Numbered from the stretch's first letter, positions 8,161 through 17,210 are shown. The stretch is 27,903 nucleotides of DNA from an uncultured virus (IMG/VR IMGVR_UViG_3300011113_000755) (IMGVR_UViG_3300011113_000755:1-27903); one strand, 5' to 3'. Notes: generated by a model not told the origin, from the sequence alone. Translations and numbers: made by a program.

Positions 8161-8543
8161 ACATCGTTAATTGGGCTAAACATTGGCTCATCAATGGCTT
8201 TGTCTCCAATGCGAGCGCCAGGCATAGGACAGAAACCATCTTTGCAATTGTTTTCAATGGTAGCCAAAGCTTCAGCTTCTTCTTCATTTTCTAAGGCAAA
8301 AATGAGAGCCTTTAAGTACCATTTTGCTTTTTTTAAATCTTCTAAGCCATTCTTTTGTTCATAGCGCCAAACATATTTAATTACGTTTCCTTTTAGGAAG
8401 CCCCTAAAGGCTTCTGGGCTCATGCTGCTTTCTAAAGCTTCAATGGCTTCAATGCCACCAGAAGCATAGTGAACGGGACGGTTTACAGAGTCAAACACTT
8501 TGGGCGGTCCTTCAATGGGGAATGGTTCAAAAGGAAGAGCCAT
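8157..8543 (-). CDS. DUF3310 family protein
   Basis: DSVNRPVHY...IEAIEAL...GFLKGNVIKYVWRY..KNGLEDLKKAKWYL. Confidence 0.85.
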   Translation of the reverse strand: MALPFEPFPIEGPPKVFDSVNRPVHYASGGIEAIEALESSMSPEAFRGFLKGNVIKYVWRYEQKNGLEDLKKAKWYLKALIFALENEEEAEALATIENNCKDGFCPMPGARIGDKAIDEPMFSPINDV

Positions 8544-9231
8544 TAGCTTCAAAAGCTTCAAAAGCTTCTGGCACTATAGGTCGTGCCAATTGATGCAGGG
8601 CCTGAGCATAGGCTTGAATTTCGCCTTGTGCATCATGGGCTTCACGAAGACTTAGGAAATGTAGAAGGGCTTGCAAGCTACATGTCCAGACAAAGCTGGT
8701 ATAGGCAGCAGTGGGCATCACGCCACGCGCCTGTTCCTTGCTCACCCCCATGGCAATAAGGCTGTTGTAAGCCTGTTTAGCGGCCTGTAAGCCCTTCGCA
8801 TATTCAATCATGCAAGAATGATTGAGGCTCTCTTCCATGGGGCCGGCTGATGCCTGTTTGTTGCTCTCACTTTGCCGCCGGAACTGGCGAGGCATGTAAA
8901 ACTGATCCTCCTCGGCTTCGCAATAGCGGAAGCTTTTTTCGTTCCAGCCAAGCTGATCATTGGCAAACGTACCACCAATCACATGCTTCCACCATTGTCG
9001 AGCAATAAAAAGCGGAGTTTTCACTTGCCATTTGAAAATCACACCACGGAACGGACTGGTGTGTTTGTGCTTAACGAGATAGTTTAGAAGTTTCTGGTCG
9101 CGCTCAGACCAGCCTTCCTGTTCTGTATCAAAGCTTTGCCGAGCATCGGCAACAATATCAACGGAACTCCCCATCCAATCAATGAGGCGCACCATGCTGA
9201 TGCCGTCTTGAAGGGGGTCAATGGAGGCCAT
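8527..9231 (-). CDS. thyX: Flavin-dependent thymidylate synthase
   Basis: HKHTSPF, PLFIARQWWKH, WNEKSFRY, EQARGVMP, LLHFLSLR...AQGEIQAYA. Confidence 0.92.
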   Translation of the reverse strand: MASIDPLQDGISMVRLIDWMGSSVDIVADARQSFDTEQEGWSERDQKLLNYLVKHKHTSPFRGVIFKWQVKTPLFIARQWWKHVIGGTFANDQLGWNEKSFRYCEAEEDQFYMPRQFRRQSESNKQASAGPMEESLNHSCMIEYAKGLQAAKQAYNSLIAMGVSKEQARGVMPTAAYTSFVWTCSLQALLHFLSLREAHDAQGEIQAYAQALHQLARPIVPEAFEAFEANGSSF

Positions 9232-9535
9232 AGAACAAGGAAGCGGGGCGTAGGCGTTGCATGCTGATTGTAGGGCTTATGTCCGTCGCTTGATGCCAAA
9301 TGACAACGGCTTTGCGTCGATTTCCTTGTTCTACAAAACCAATGAGAGTGCCAATGATGCTAGTGGCCATCCATCCAGCAGCAGTCGGCTGAATGTATAC
9401 CACTTCTTCTCCTGGCTCCCATTCGTATTTGCGTGGAGTGCGTGGAAGCCAATAAGGACGGTAGTCCGAAGCATTAATTACGGCCTTCTTCCCATCGTCC
9501 ACACGGTAAACAAACTGCTTGCCATCCCTCTTCAT
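9218..9535 (-). CDS. Hypothetical protein (SH3-like C-terminal half)
   Basis: ORF coupled to thyX. ATG 9535 is preferred as start. Confidence 0.6.
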   Translation of the reverse strand: MKRDGKQFVYRVDDGKKAVINASDYRPYWLPRTPRKYEWEPGEEVVYIQPTAAGWMATSIIGTLIGFVEQGNRRKAVVIWHQATDISPTISMQRLRPASLFYGLH

Positions 9536-9565
9536 CGTTAGGCTAAGACAAGAACGGAAAGAACA

Positions 9566-9937
9566 ATGACTCATTTTTCTATTCCAATTGAACTAAGCTA
9601 CGATGGTCGTAGTTATATGACAGCTATGGGACCATTTGAACGCAGTTTGGAGCGTGACTTTTCTTTGGCCGTCAATAAGAAAGCCTTAGAAGAATGCGAT
9701 GACATTAATAAACTGCGGGAAGTGGCTGGCAATCTTTTAGAAGGCTGGAGCAATATGCAAAGCGCCGTTGGCGCTTTAGTTAAGGAAAATCTTGAACTAC
9801 GGCAAGCCATGGCCATTCGTGACTATGACTTGCAAGCAGCCTCGGAACTGTTAGGAGAAGCAGCAGAAGCTATCGAGGAGCATCAAGCGCAGCGGCGATC
9901 TTCCCAAGCCAAAAGGCGTCTTTGGCCGTTTGGCTAG
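9566..9937 (+). CDS. Hypothetical coiled-coil protein
   Basis: ATG start, 123 aa, helical. It is the only + strand ORF inside the leftward operon. Confidence 0.7.
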   Translation: MTHFSIPIELSYDGRSYMTAMGPFERSLERDFSLAVNKKALEECDDINKLREVAGNLLEGWSNMQSAVGALVKENLELRQAMAIRDYDLQAASELLGEAAEAIEEHQAQRRSSQAKRRLWPFG

Positions 9938-10235
9938 TCAATAAAAATACTCGCCATCCACACATTGTGGCAAGGTTGAATTTACGGGCATCTCGCTCGT
10001 AACCACTGCCAGTGACGTGACGGCCTCGATTGAAAGTGCCGCCCTGTATTTCAATGAGACTACGGGATGGCAAGTGAGCGAAGTCGGCCCGATACCGCTT
10101 GGATCGCTTTGATTTTGCATAACGTTCTTGAAAATCAGCTTCCCAGGCTTCTACATCGCTGAATTCCCTTACCAAAGTAAGGCGGGGAAAATTAGCTTGC
10201 CATAGCCCGAGAAACTGATCTTCAAGAGCACTCAC
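9870..10235 (-). CDS. PD-(D/E)XK endonuclease (DUF559/Vsr-like, possible resolvase)
   Basis: SALEDQF...YRADFA...LIEIQGG...GRH...YERDARKFNLA...GWRVF. Confidence 0.8.
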   Translation of the reverse strand: MSALEDQFLGLWQANFPRLTLVREFSDVEAWEADFQERYAKSKRSKRYRADFAHLPSRSLIEIQGGTFNRGRHVTGSGYERDARKFNLATMCGWRVFLLTSQTAKDAFWLGKIAAALDAPR

Positions 10236-10238
10236 TTG

Positions 10239-10823
10239 CTAGACGGCAGCAAGTGTTACTTTAGCGCCTTGATTTTGATACTTACCATCTGCATAGGCCT
10301 TGTCTACGTCAGACGCTAGTTGTACCAGCATCACTTGCACAATACCTTCATTGGCATAAATACGCACTGGAAAAGCGCAGGGATTGACAATGCAAATAGT
10401 GAGATGGCCAGACCAGCCAGGCTCAATTGGCGTAACGTTAATGATGGTGCCTTGGCGAGCATATGTAGATTTACCATCGCAGATGCCCATGATATTAGAA
10501 GGCATTGTAATGCGCTCTAAACTCACGCCAAGCCCATAGGACAATGGCGGCAGGATGAAATAGGAATCGCCACGCTCGTGATATAGCGGTGCGTCGTAAA
10601 GCATGCTTTCTTCAAACCGCTTCACATCAAGAGCTTTGCAGTGGCAATTGTTATCGATAATGCGGAAGTCGTCTGGCGATAGGCGCAGATCATATCCTGC
10701 ATGGGACAGGCCATAAGACAAAGCTTTGTTGCCGCTTTCGTTTTCGCGGCACTTTTCGCCCGTGTAAGGGAAGAAGATGTCGTTTTCAGCGAGGATGCTG
10801 ATTTGCTTGTCAGTGAGAAGCAT
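10239..10823 (-). CDS. dcd: dCTP deaminase
   Basis: SYGLSHAGYDLRL, GKSTYARQG, TPIEPGWSG, IYANEGIVQ, KYQNQ. ATG 10823 is preferred as start. Confidence 0.92.
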   Translation of the reverse strand: MLLTDKQISILAENDIFFPYTGEKCRENESGNKALSYGLSHAGYDLRLSPDDFRIIDNNCHCKALDVKRFEESMLYDAPLYHERGDSYFILPPLSYGLGVSLERITMPSNIMGICDGKSTYARQGTIINVTPIEPGWSGHLTICIVNPCAFPVRIYANEGIVQVMLVQLASDVDKAYADGKYQNQGAKVTLAAV

Positions 10824-11013
10824 TGTTTTTAGTACGAGAAAACAAGCCCATAGAGAGCCAAACAAGAACAGCAGCAGGCCAAAAGGGCACGGACGGCCAA
10901 ATTGATTGGACCGCCCATGCCCCTAAGCAAGCTGCTCCAAAACTAACGCTAATGACAATGGCAAATGCTAAAAAATAGACCGGCCAGTCAATAGGCTCTT
11001 TGGAGCGCGTCAT
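10810..11013 (-). CDS. Small two-TM membrane protein
   Basis: Two hydrophobic segments; chained in the operon. Confidence 0.65.
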   Translation of the reverse strand: MTRSKEPIDWPVYFLAFAIVISVSFGAACLGAWAVQSIWPSVPFWPAAVLVWLSMGLFSRTKNNASH

Positions 11014-11015
11014 CT

Positions 11016-11300
11016 TCAGAACAGATCGTCAGAAGACGAGGAGCGGCTGCTGCTGCCACCACCATTGCCTTCGTTCTTCCAGAAGCTGGAATAGGCTTTG
11101 GGGCTGTTCTCCAGCTTGTTGACAGTCACTTGCCCTTTGAAATGAGGGGAAGTGTCCTTGTCACGCTTGTCGTTGTCCCACAGCGCCACACGGAAGCTGT
11201 AGTTACCTTGAGCATTAGGACCAGCCTTCTTGGCTGCATTAAGGATGTCTGGCGTCAGATCGACAGTGCCAGAAAAGACGGGAAGATTGCCAGCGGGCAT
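11016..11300 (-). CDS. Putative single-stranded DNA-binding protein
   Basis: Small beta-rich protein (VALW...PHFKGQV) with a Gly/Ser linker and an acidic DDLF C-terminus, next to the exonuclease. Confidence 0.55.
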   Translation of the reverse strand: MPAGNLPVFSGTVDLTPDILNAAKKAGPNAQGNYSFRVALWDNDKRDKDTSPHFKGQVTVNKLENSPKAYSSFWKNEGNGGGSSSRSSSSDDLF

Positions 11301-11369
11301 TGAGTGTTCCTCTCGGAATGTAGTGGACCCTGGATGGGCTGCATTAGCTTAACCAGTCTTCATTAAAAA

Positions 11370-12137
11370 TCATGCCGCCCTATCCATAGAAATTGTTAAG
11401 GGACGCCTGCCAGGGTAGTGGTTGAAGAAAAACTGCTGCGTTTTTTGCATCATCAGACCACTCTGTACCACTAACTCAGCCGCATCCAAGCTGACAATTT
11501 GAGCTTCCTGACCTTTGCCAGTATCGGGATCATGAATGGCAATGGCGCAATGGGCCTCTTCAATTTCAATGTCATACATCTGCTCAATCGCCTGTACATA
11601 AGCGCCGAGCTGCATGCGATAGTCGGCCAGTTGCGTATCAGGCTTCAGCTTGAAGCTTGTTTTCCAATCTAAAAGTGCCGTATTGCCATTGGCCATGGTT
11701 GCCAGCATGTCAAACGTGCCGGAATAGCCAATCTCCTGAGCGGGATCGTACCAAGCAATGGCGCTTTCCACGAGCAATGGGCTATCCACACGCTCCAAGA
11801 AGCCACCAATGGAATCAAAATAAGGAACAAACGATGGATGGGAATCAAGATGAGTTTCGATGTCCTCCCCATTCCAGAAGTCTTCCAGAAGGCCGTGCAG
11901 CCAATTGCCTCGTTCTACGGCATTGCGAGTGCGACGATTGGCTTCTTCATCGCCCACTTTCTTCCGCCAGTTCATGAGCGCTGCAATCTTGCCAGGCGGC
12001 GAACACGCGCTCGCAATAGTCGTCACAGAGGGCAAAACACACCCTGCGGGGACATTGGGAAAATCGTCGCAAACGTAATAACGTTTTTTGTTGATCTGCA
12101 GCCGGTTGGGTTCGTAACGCAGAAACTGACGGGGCAT
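11370..12137 (-). CDS. PD-(D/E)XK exonuclease (Cas4/MGME1-like phage exonuclease)
   Basis: LPSVTTI, WRKKVG..EA, RGNWLH, GYSGTFD, LLDWKTS, QLGAY. Confidence 0.88.
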   Translation of the reverse strand: MPRQFLRYEPNRLQINKKRYYVCDDFPNVPAGCVLPSVTTIASACSPPGKIAALMNWRKKVGDEEANRRTRNAVERGNWLHGLLEDFWNGEDIETHLDSHPSFVPYFDSIGGFLERVDSPLLVESAIAWYDPAQEIGYSGTFDMLATMANGNTALLDWKTSFKLKPDTQLADYRMQLGAYVQAIEQMYDIEIEEAHCAIAIHDPDTGKGQEAQIVSLDAAELVVQSGLMMQKTQQFFFNHYPGRRPLTISMDRAA

Positions 12138-12172
12138 GTGAAGACGTTGAAGACATAGATCGTAACAACCCA

Positions 12173-12415
12173 TCAGTAGGAGGAGCCGTAAGACTTAGTG
12201 CAATAATTGCCGTTCTTATAGGTGTTTAAAGGACAGGCAGATCCATTATCAGCAGGAATAGACCATTTAGTTCGATTGCTAGTGCTGGGCTGGCAATAGC
12301 TTCCTGCGTTGTAATAGCCGAGGGGGCAACTACCAATGCGAGGAATGGGAAAAGTTTGAGCCAATGCAGGAAATGGCGCCAAAACAATGTAGGAAAAGAG
12401 GAGAATGGTTTTCAT
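12173..12415 (-). CDS. Secreted Cys-rich small protein
   Basis: Signal peptide (ALA) followed by two repeats, CPLGYYNAGSYC and CPLNTYKNGNYC. Confidence 0.7.
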   Translation of the reverse strand: MKTILLFSYIVLAPFPALAQTFPIPRIGSCPLGYYNAGSYCQPSTSNRTKWSIPADNGSACPLNTYKNGNYCTKSYGSSY

Positions 12416-12735
12416 TTTTCGTTCATGTCCCAGAAATAATCGCAGCCCTCTTCATCGCATGGAGGCGCTGCGAAATAGCTTTGCCAGCGATCAGCAGGCG
12501 CCATGTAGCGCCAACAGTTTTCTTTGACAGGGCAGTTGTCCCCGTTACACATAGCGATGTCAGGCATGAGGATTTTGCGGGCAATTTGAGCGAGATAAGA
12601 ACGGTCCACAAGAGGATCCGTAGCAATTGCTTCAAACACAGCAGCAATGCGTTTATTACTACTAAGCGTGTCATCAGGAAAGCTCCAGAAAGCCTCGTGG
12701 CATTTCTCGATGAGACGCGCATGATTAGTCAACAT
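12412..12735 (-). CDS. Hypothetical protein with a C-terminal Cys-rich motif
   Basis: PDIAMC...CPVKENCWRY...QSYF...CDYFW. Confidence 0.7.
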   Translation of the reverse strand: MLTNHARLIEKCHEAFWSFPDDTLSSNKRIAAVFEAIATDPLVDRSYLAQIARKILMPDIAMCNGDNCPVKENCWRYMAPADRWQSYFAAPPCDEEGCDYFWDMNEK

Positions 12736-12919
12736 CGAGGGCTACAGGGGAATAGTCTTCAATAACGTGGCTCATGCCGTCAAGCACATTCTTACCACTA
12801 AAACCACAACCCAGCATGAAATGGTAAAAATTCTCAACAATATCAGGACAGTAAATGTCCTTAAAAGAAACGGAGACCTTACGCTCTCCTTCTTCATGGA
12901 CAAATTGATAAGTGCTCAT
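12725..12919 (-). CDS. Hypothetical protein
   Basis: MSTYQFVHE...IVENFYHFMLGCGF; chained in the operon. Confidence 0.6.
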   Translation of the reverse strand: MSTYQFVHEEGERKVSVSFKDIYCPDIVENFYHFMLGCGFSGKNVLDGMSHVIEDYSPVALDVD

Positions 12920-13050
12920 CGGGAAATCAGGAAGCGGAAGGCTGAAATGGTCAGGAACAAAATGAGGCACGAGAAGGCAACCAAAAGAAACAAGCCAAGA
13001 GGATCATGAGCCAAGGAGGGCGGCAGGATCGTCGTCAATTGGACATCCAT
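12916..13050 (-). CDS. Small single-TM protein (44 aa)
   Basis: MDVQLTT...PLGLFLLVAFSCLILFLTISAFRFLISR, with ATGA coupling to the downstream ORF. Confidence 0.5.
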   Translation of the reverse strand: MDVQLTTILPPSLAHDPLGLFLLVAFSCLILFLTISAFRFLISR

Positions 13051-13075
13051 CGCGATCTACACATAGGGAACCATT

Positions 13076-13097
13076 AAAGGCCCGCTGAAGGCGGGCC
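13076..13097 (-). terminator. Probable terminator
   Basis: GGCCCGC-N5-GCGGGCC stem followed by TTT on the minus strand, after the Sak-like gene. Confidence 0.5.
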
Positions 13098-13107
13098 GCT
13101 GCCGTGT

Positions 13108-14052
13108 CTATTGCTTTTTTGCGACGAACGCCTCAATGGTGTCCACCATCATTTCAACGTCAGTGCAAGTTGCCACTGCGTCCATTTCCACCTTCATAGC
13201 AGCTTTTGTAATGCGAATGCCTTGTTCTTTGGTCCATGCCGTAAGCATGCCAATAACAACATTCTTAAAAGAAGCCATATCCTTGACTTCCGTGGCACGA
13301 GTCATGCCAAGGGTTTCAAGCGCCATCTTGCCTGCAGCCATGCTGCGTTGCTCATCTTCATAGCCAAAAGGATTGGCTTTACAAAAAGCTAAAAGCGCGG
13401 CTTTGGCGTCGAAAACTTCTGCATCATTGCTAGTTGCTTTGCTTGCCACATCAGCAGGCGAAATTGATACTTTTGCTGGAGCTTCTTTTGGAGCATCTTG
13501 CTGGAGAGCGGGGCGGGATGCCTTCGTAGTAGCTTCTTCTTTAGGAATGTCTTCGCCCGCATACAGGCGTAAACCAAGGCCAGTAAAAGTTGCAATAGCC
13601 TTAACACTTGCACGTTGACAGTTGTCACTAATCGCACGTCCGTCTAATTGTTGAATGGCATTATGCTTCCTGTCCATTACAGGGAAAACAAGAGCAGCAG
13701 TGCGACGGATGCCGTCCGTAAGGTAAGGACGAAGATAGTAATAACCAGGGCCGCCAAAAACCACTTCACCGATGGTTTTCTCCTCAAAAGCCACATAAAG
13801 GGCAGGAAAATGCTCCTTAAGGTAGCGGAAGGCAAACGGCCAGGAAAGATAGGAAAGACCTTTGTAATCTTTTTCAATGTGGGCACCAATGTCGGGAGTG
13901 TCATAAGCAGCCTTGAAAGCTTCAGCGCTAATTTCCAACGGAGCAAAGACGCCGTTGTAGCGATCAAGCATGGCTTGTTTAGTAAAGTCTTCCATGGAAG
14001 AAAAATCAGAAGGGGCGTAAACAGTGAGGGAGGGGGAGGGGAGGGCGATCAT
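13108..14052 (-). CDS. Sak-like (DUF1071/Rad52-like) single-strand annealing protein
   Basis: GLSYLSW, PVMDRKHNAI, QRASVKAIATFTGLGLRLYAGEDIP. Confidence 0.85.
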   Translation of the reverse strand: MIALPSPSLTVYAPSDFSSMEDFTKQAMLDRYNGVFAPLEISAEAFKAAYDTPDIGAHIEKDYKGLSYLSWPFAFRYLKEHFPALYVAFEEKTIGEVVFGGPGYYYLRPYLTDGIRRTAALVFPVMDRKHNAIQQLDGRAISDNCQRASVKAIATFTGLGLRLYAGEDIPKEEATTKASRPALQQDAPKEAPAKVSISPADVASKATSNDAEVFDAKAALLAFCKANPFGYEDEQRSMAAGKMALETLGMTRATEVKDMASFKNVVIGMLTAWTKEQGIRITKAAMKVEMDAVATCTDVEMMVDTIEAFVAKKQ

Positions 14053-14303
14053 TTTTTAGCTTTCATCGGGCTTTCTTCTCCGTAGAACAAAATAAATTTT
14101 TGTTCAATCTCTTCGTTTTGATAGAGAAGGGAACAACCAGGCAGCGGCCAATCAGGAACAATCCGCGCATCATTGACCGGCTCCAAATGGTCGCTGGAAT
14201 AACCTTCCATAAAGCAACCTTCTTCCCAGCACAGTTCAACTTCCCCATCACCATGGAGAATCATGAACTGTTCTGCTGCGTTTTTAAGCTGAGAAACTTT
14301 CAT
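14049..14303 (-). CDS. Hypothetical protein
   Basis: MKVSQLKNAAE...HGDGEV; coupled to the Sak-like gene. Confidence 0.6.
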   Translation of the reverse strand: MKVSQLKNAAEQFMILHGDGEVELCWEEGCFMEGYSSDHLEPVNDARIVPDWPLPGCSLLYQNEEIEQKFILFYGEESPMKAKK

Positions 14304-14553
14304 AGCTGTAGCCAAGGACCAGAGGTTCTTCGGGGGAGTCGATGAGAGCAGCATAGTCTTCAATCAGGGAAAAGGCCCCATCAGAAAGAGTGGCTGAACC
14401 TTCCCAAATTGGCGTGGAGCGAATGAGACGCTCAAGGGTTTCGCTGTTAGAGAGACGAGCTTCATGGGCAATATTGCCCAAATGATTAAAGGCGGTGTCA
14501 GTCAAGCTGAGGTGACGCCCCTTTTTCGTCTCCCCGTAATCTTTGGATTTCAT
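14284..14553 (-). CDS. Ribbon-helix-helix-like transcriptional regulator
   Basis: KKGRHLSLTDTAFNHLGNIAHEARLSNSETLERLIR fits the CopG/RHH pattern. It is the first gene of the divergent operon. Confidence 0.6.
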   Translation of the reverse strand: MKSKDYGETKKGRHLSLTDTAFNHLGNIAHEARLSNSETLERLIRSTPIWEGSATLSDGAFSLIEDYAALIDSPEEPLVLGYSYESFSA

Positions 14554-14707
14554 ACGGGCGGAGGGAATGGCCAATATGGACAACGGATACAGATTAGCCA
14601 GGATGTCCAGGGCGTCAAGCTTGCTTCCTGAAGATGCCGTTAAGAAAGCTGGCGCAATGGCAGAACCCTGTTTTTCCTGCTAGAACCGCCTGATCTCCTG
14701 CGCGAAC

Positions 14708-16717
14708 ATGGCATTCTCAATCCTGGACCATTTGGCAAAGCTTGAGCCAAGCGACCACCCAGGAAAATTTATCTGCCCCGCCTGTGGCGGCAATGACTTC
14801 TCCGTTAACGAGGGCAATGGTGCATACAATTGTTTTAATGATCAAAGCGCCAAGCATCGCGCCGAAATTCGCAATGCCTTAGCTCCCTTACAACGCTGGG
14901 AGCGCCCCATTCGCCCTTTTCAGAAATATACCTTCTCCTACCAAAACCGTTCTGGCGACAGCGTTTTGGAGGTGGTGCGTGACGATAGCAATGGCAAAAA
15001 GGCCATTCGTCAAAACTATCCAACCATTCCACAATCATCGCCCAAACGTAAAAGCTTGGTTGATGAAATACGCACTAATATTCTTCCTTATCGCTACAAA
15101 GAAGCAATTGATTTTGCTGCGGCAAATAGCCTGCCAATTTTTGTAGTTGAAGGAGAACTTTGCTGCGACAGGCTATGGGAAATCGGCTTGCCCAGCGTCA
15201 CTTTCCTGGGTGGTAGCGGTCAATACCGCAGCAATGGTGACTACAGCCTTTTGTTTCGCGGCAAACAATTGGTGCTCTGCCCAGATCGTGATGAGCCCGG
15301 CGTTGCGCTCATGCGTGAGGTGGCTTCAGATAATCCTGGCTGCCAATGGCTCTACGCAGATCCAGACAGCTTTGAATGGGAAAGCCTGCCACAAAATGGC
15401 GGCTATGACATGGCCGACTGGTTGGACGACGGAGCCGATAAAGAACTTCTCCTTTCTTCCATCGTCTACCGAGACAAGCACGAAGGCCGCGATGGGCGGC
15501 CCTCCTACGAAGAAGTGATCAACACGTTTGAGCGCATGGTTGGCCTTTATGGCAACGATGCAAGGGTGATTTTTGAGGCCAGGGAATGGCTCACCACCCA
15601 CGACCTCAAGATGCCTGGCGCTGAGGTGGAGAAGCTCATCCTTGAAGCCAAGGCTCGCGTGCATGGCCGTGAGGAGATGGAGGTGATGGACGCCAAAGCC
15701 ATTGCCATGTCGGAAGACGCCCGTAAATGGACCATTGCTGGCATCCTTCCTGAAAGTAGCGTGATGCTGCTTGCAGCAGCGCCTGGAAGCGGCAAATCAA
15801 CTTTGTTGTACAACTGGGCGCTTCACATTGCCACTGGCACGCCCTGGAGCAATCGTCGTTGTAAGCAGGGCAAGGCTCTCATTATTCAATGCGACGAGCC
15901 CACTGTTGACGCCGCCGAGAAGATGCAAATTATTGGCTACGACGACCATCCCATTCTTGACAATGGCGACATCAGCTTTGTAGACCGTTGGCGCTTCTCC
16001 AATATTCGCCAGCTTCAAGATTTCATCAAAAAGAACCGGCCACAGTTGGTCATGATTGATAGCCTCACCAGTTGTCTTGCTGGCATGGACGTGGATCTTA
16101 TTAAAAGCGATGCTGGCAATTGTATTTATGAACTGCGCGATATTGCTAATGAATATGAATGCAGCATTGTCATTCTTCACCATTTAAACAAAAGCGGCGG
16201 CATTCGTGATAGTTCCAGTTTTGAAGCCAACGTTAGTGAAGTGGTGAAGCTTTACCGTCAAGACCAGAACTATGACACCACGCAGTTTATCTTTGAATGG
16301 ACGAAGAGCCGTAGTGGTTTGGCTGGCAAGCACTACGTGCGGCGAGACCCGGCTACATATGGTTGGTACTATGACGGTCCCATTAATGGTGGCCGCGAGG
16401 AGCTAGAGAAGATTGTCCAAAAGCTTGAAGCCAATCGCAACGAACGATTTGATCGCAAGCAATTAGGCATGTTTGTTTCCGGCATGGACTCCACCCTTGC
16501 TGGCCGACTGGCCGAACAAGCCCGCCGTCAAGGGCTTATTACTAGCAGCTTCAATGTGGGGCCAAATGGCGAACGCACTCGCCTGTACCACTCCTGGGAC
16601 TACGATCCTGCTGCAAATGTAAAACCAGCCAATTCCATTGTTCCTTCCAACATTGGCCCAACCATTGAAGACACTTGGCTGGAAACAGACAAGGAAGAAG
16701 ATGATATTTGGTTTTAG
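14708..16717 (+). CDS. DNA primase-helicase (Zn finger, TOPRIM, RecA-like AAA_25 helicase)
   Basis: CPACG..C; VVEGE and PDRD (TOPRIM); APGSGKS Walker A; MIDS Walker B; ILHHLNK. Confidence 0.9.
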   Translation: MAFSILDHLAKLEPSDHPGKFICPACGGNDFSVNEGNGAYNCFNDQSAKHRAEIRNALAPLQRWERPIRPFQKYTFSYQNRSGDSVLEVVRDDSNGKKAIRQNYPTIPQSSPKRKSLVDEIRTNILPYRYKEAIDFAAANSLPIFVVEGELCCDRLWEIGLPSVTFLGGSGQYRSNGDYSLLFRGKQLVLCPDRDEPGVALMREVASDNPGCQWLYADPDSFEWESLPQNGGYDMADWLDDGADKELLLSSIVYRDKHEGRDGRPSYEEVINTFERMVGLYGNDARVIFEAREWLTTHDLKMPGAEVEKLILEAKARVHGREEMEVMDAKAIAMSEDARKWTIAGILPESSVMLLAAAPGSGKSTLLYNWALHIATGTPWSNRRCKQGKALIIQCDEPTVDAAEKMQIIGYDDHPILDNGDISFVDRWRFSNIRQLQDFIKKNRPQLVMIDSLTSCLAGMDVDLIKSDAGNCIYELRDIANEYECSIVILHHLNKSGGIRDSSSFEANVSEVVKLYRQDQNYDTTQFIFEWTKSRSGLAGKHYVRRDPATYGWYYDGPINGGREELEKIVQKLEANRNERFDRKQLGMFVSGMDSTLAGRLAEQARRQGLITSSFNVGPNGERTRLYHSWDYDPAANVKPANSIVPSNIGPTIEDTWLETDKEEDDIWF

Positions 16718-16801
16718 GCCAATAGTGAGGGAGGCTCTGTAGCTAGCCTCCCCGTCGTCTACCGCAGCGGACGACTAATTAAACTATAGAAGCAATTTAT
16801 C

Positions 16802-16826
16802 AGCACCGTTTTAACGGTGCTTTTTT
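16802..16826 (+). terminator. Rho-independent terminator
   Basis: AGCACCGTT-TT-AACGGTGCT followed by TTTTT. Confidence 0.75.
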
Positions 16827-16829
16827 ACT

Positions 16830-16970
16830 GTGAAAATCATTTGGCAAGAGGACGAAACGGCCAAGGGGCCGTTTCTTGAGGAGCCCATCGAGGAAGATGT
16901 GCTCATGGAAGACGATGAAGAGGAAGCGGAGCAGTCTCAGCCCAGCGCTGGACAGGGTTTCGGCTGGTGA
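16830..16970 (+). CDS. Small acidic hypothetical protein (46 aa)
   Basis: GTG start, MKIIWQEDE...EDDEEEAE...GFGW. Confidence 0.45.
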   Translation: MKIIWQEDETAKGPFLEEPIEEDVLMEDDEEEAEQSQPSAGQGFGW

Positions 16971-17030
16971 TCATGTGCCAATAGGCTCACTGTCCTAATT
17001 GGGCTTGTGGCGATGGGTTAAACTGGTCAC

Positions 17031-17165
17031 GGAAAGTCCCGAGCGCAACCAAAATCCTGCACTCAGCTTTCCAGCGTTGCCAGAAACCTTCAGGTATGGC
17101 CGCTCAGACCAGAGTGGAGCCCCCAAGGGCGGAACGGTTCCAGCGGAAGGCCAAACTAGCCTTCC
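17031..17165. other. Dense multi-hairpin non-coding element (ncRNA or origin candidate)
   Basis: Six adjacent stem-loops with no credible ORF; see findings. Confidence 0.4.
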
Positions 17166-17210
17166 AAAAGAAAAACCTTCCCTAGCATTGCAAAGATTAA
17201 TTTCTAAACA

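Noticed and set aside
13065-13074. 10-nt match AGGGAACCAT shared with the candidate ncRNA (21500-21509)
   Set aside because: It is too short to exceed chance in 28 kb.
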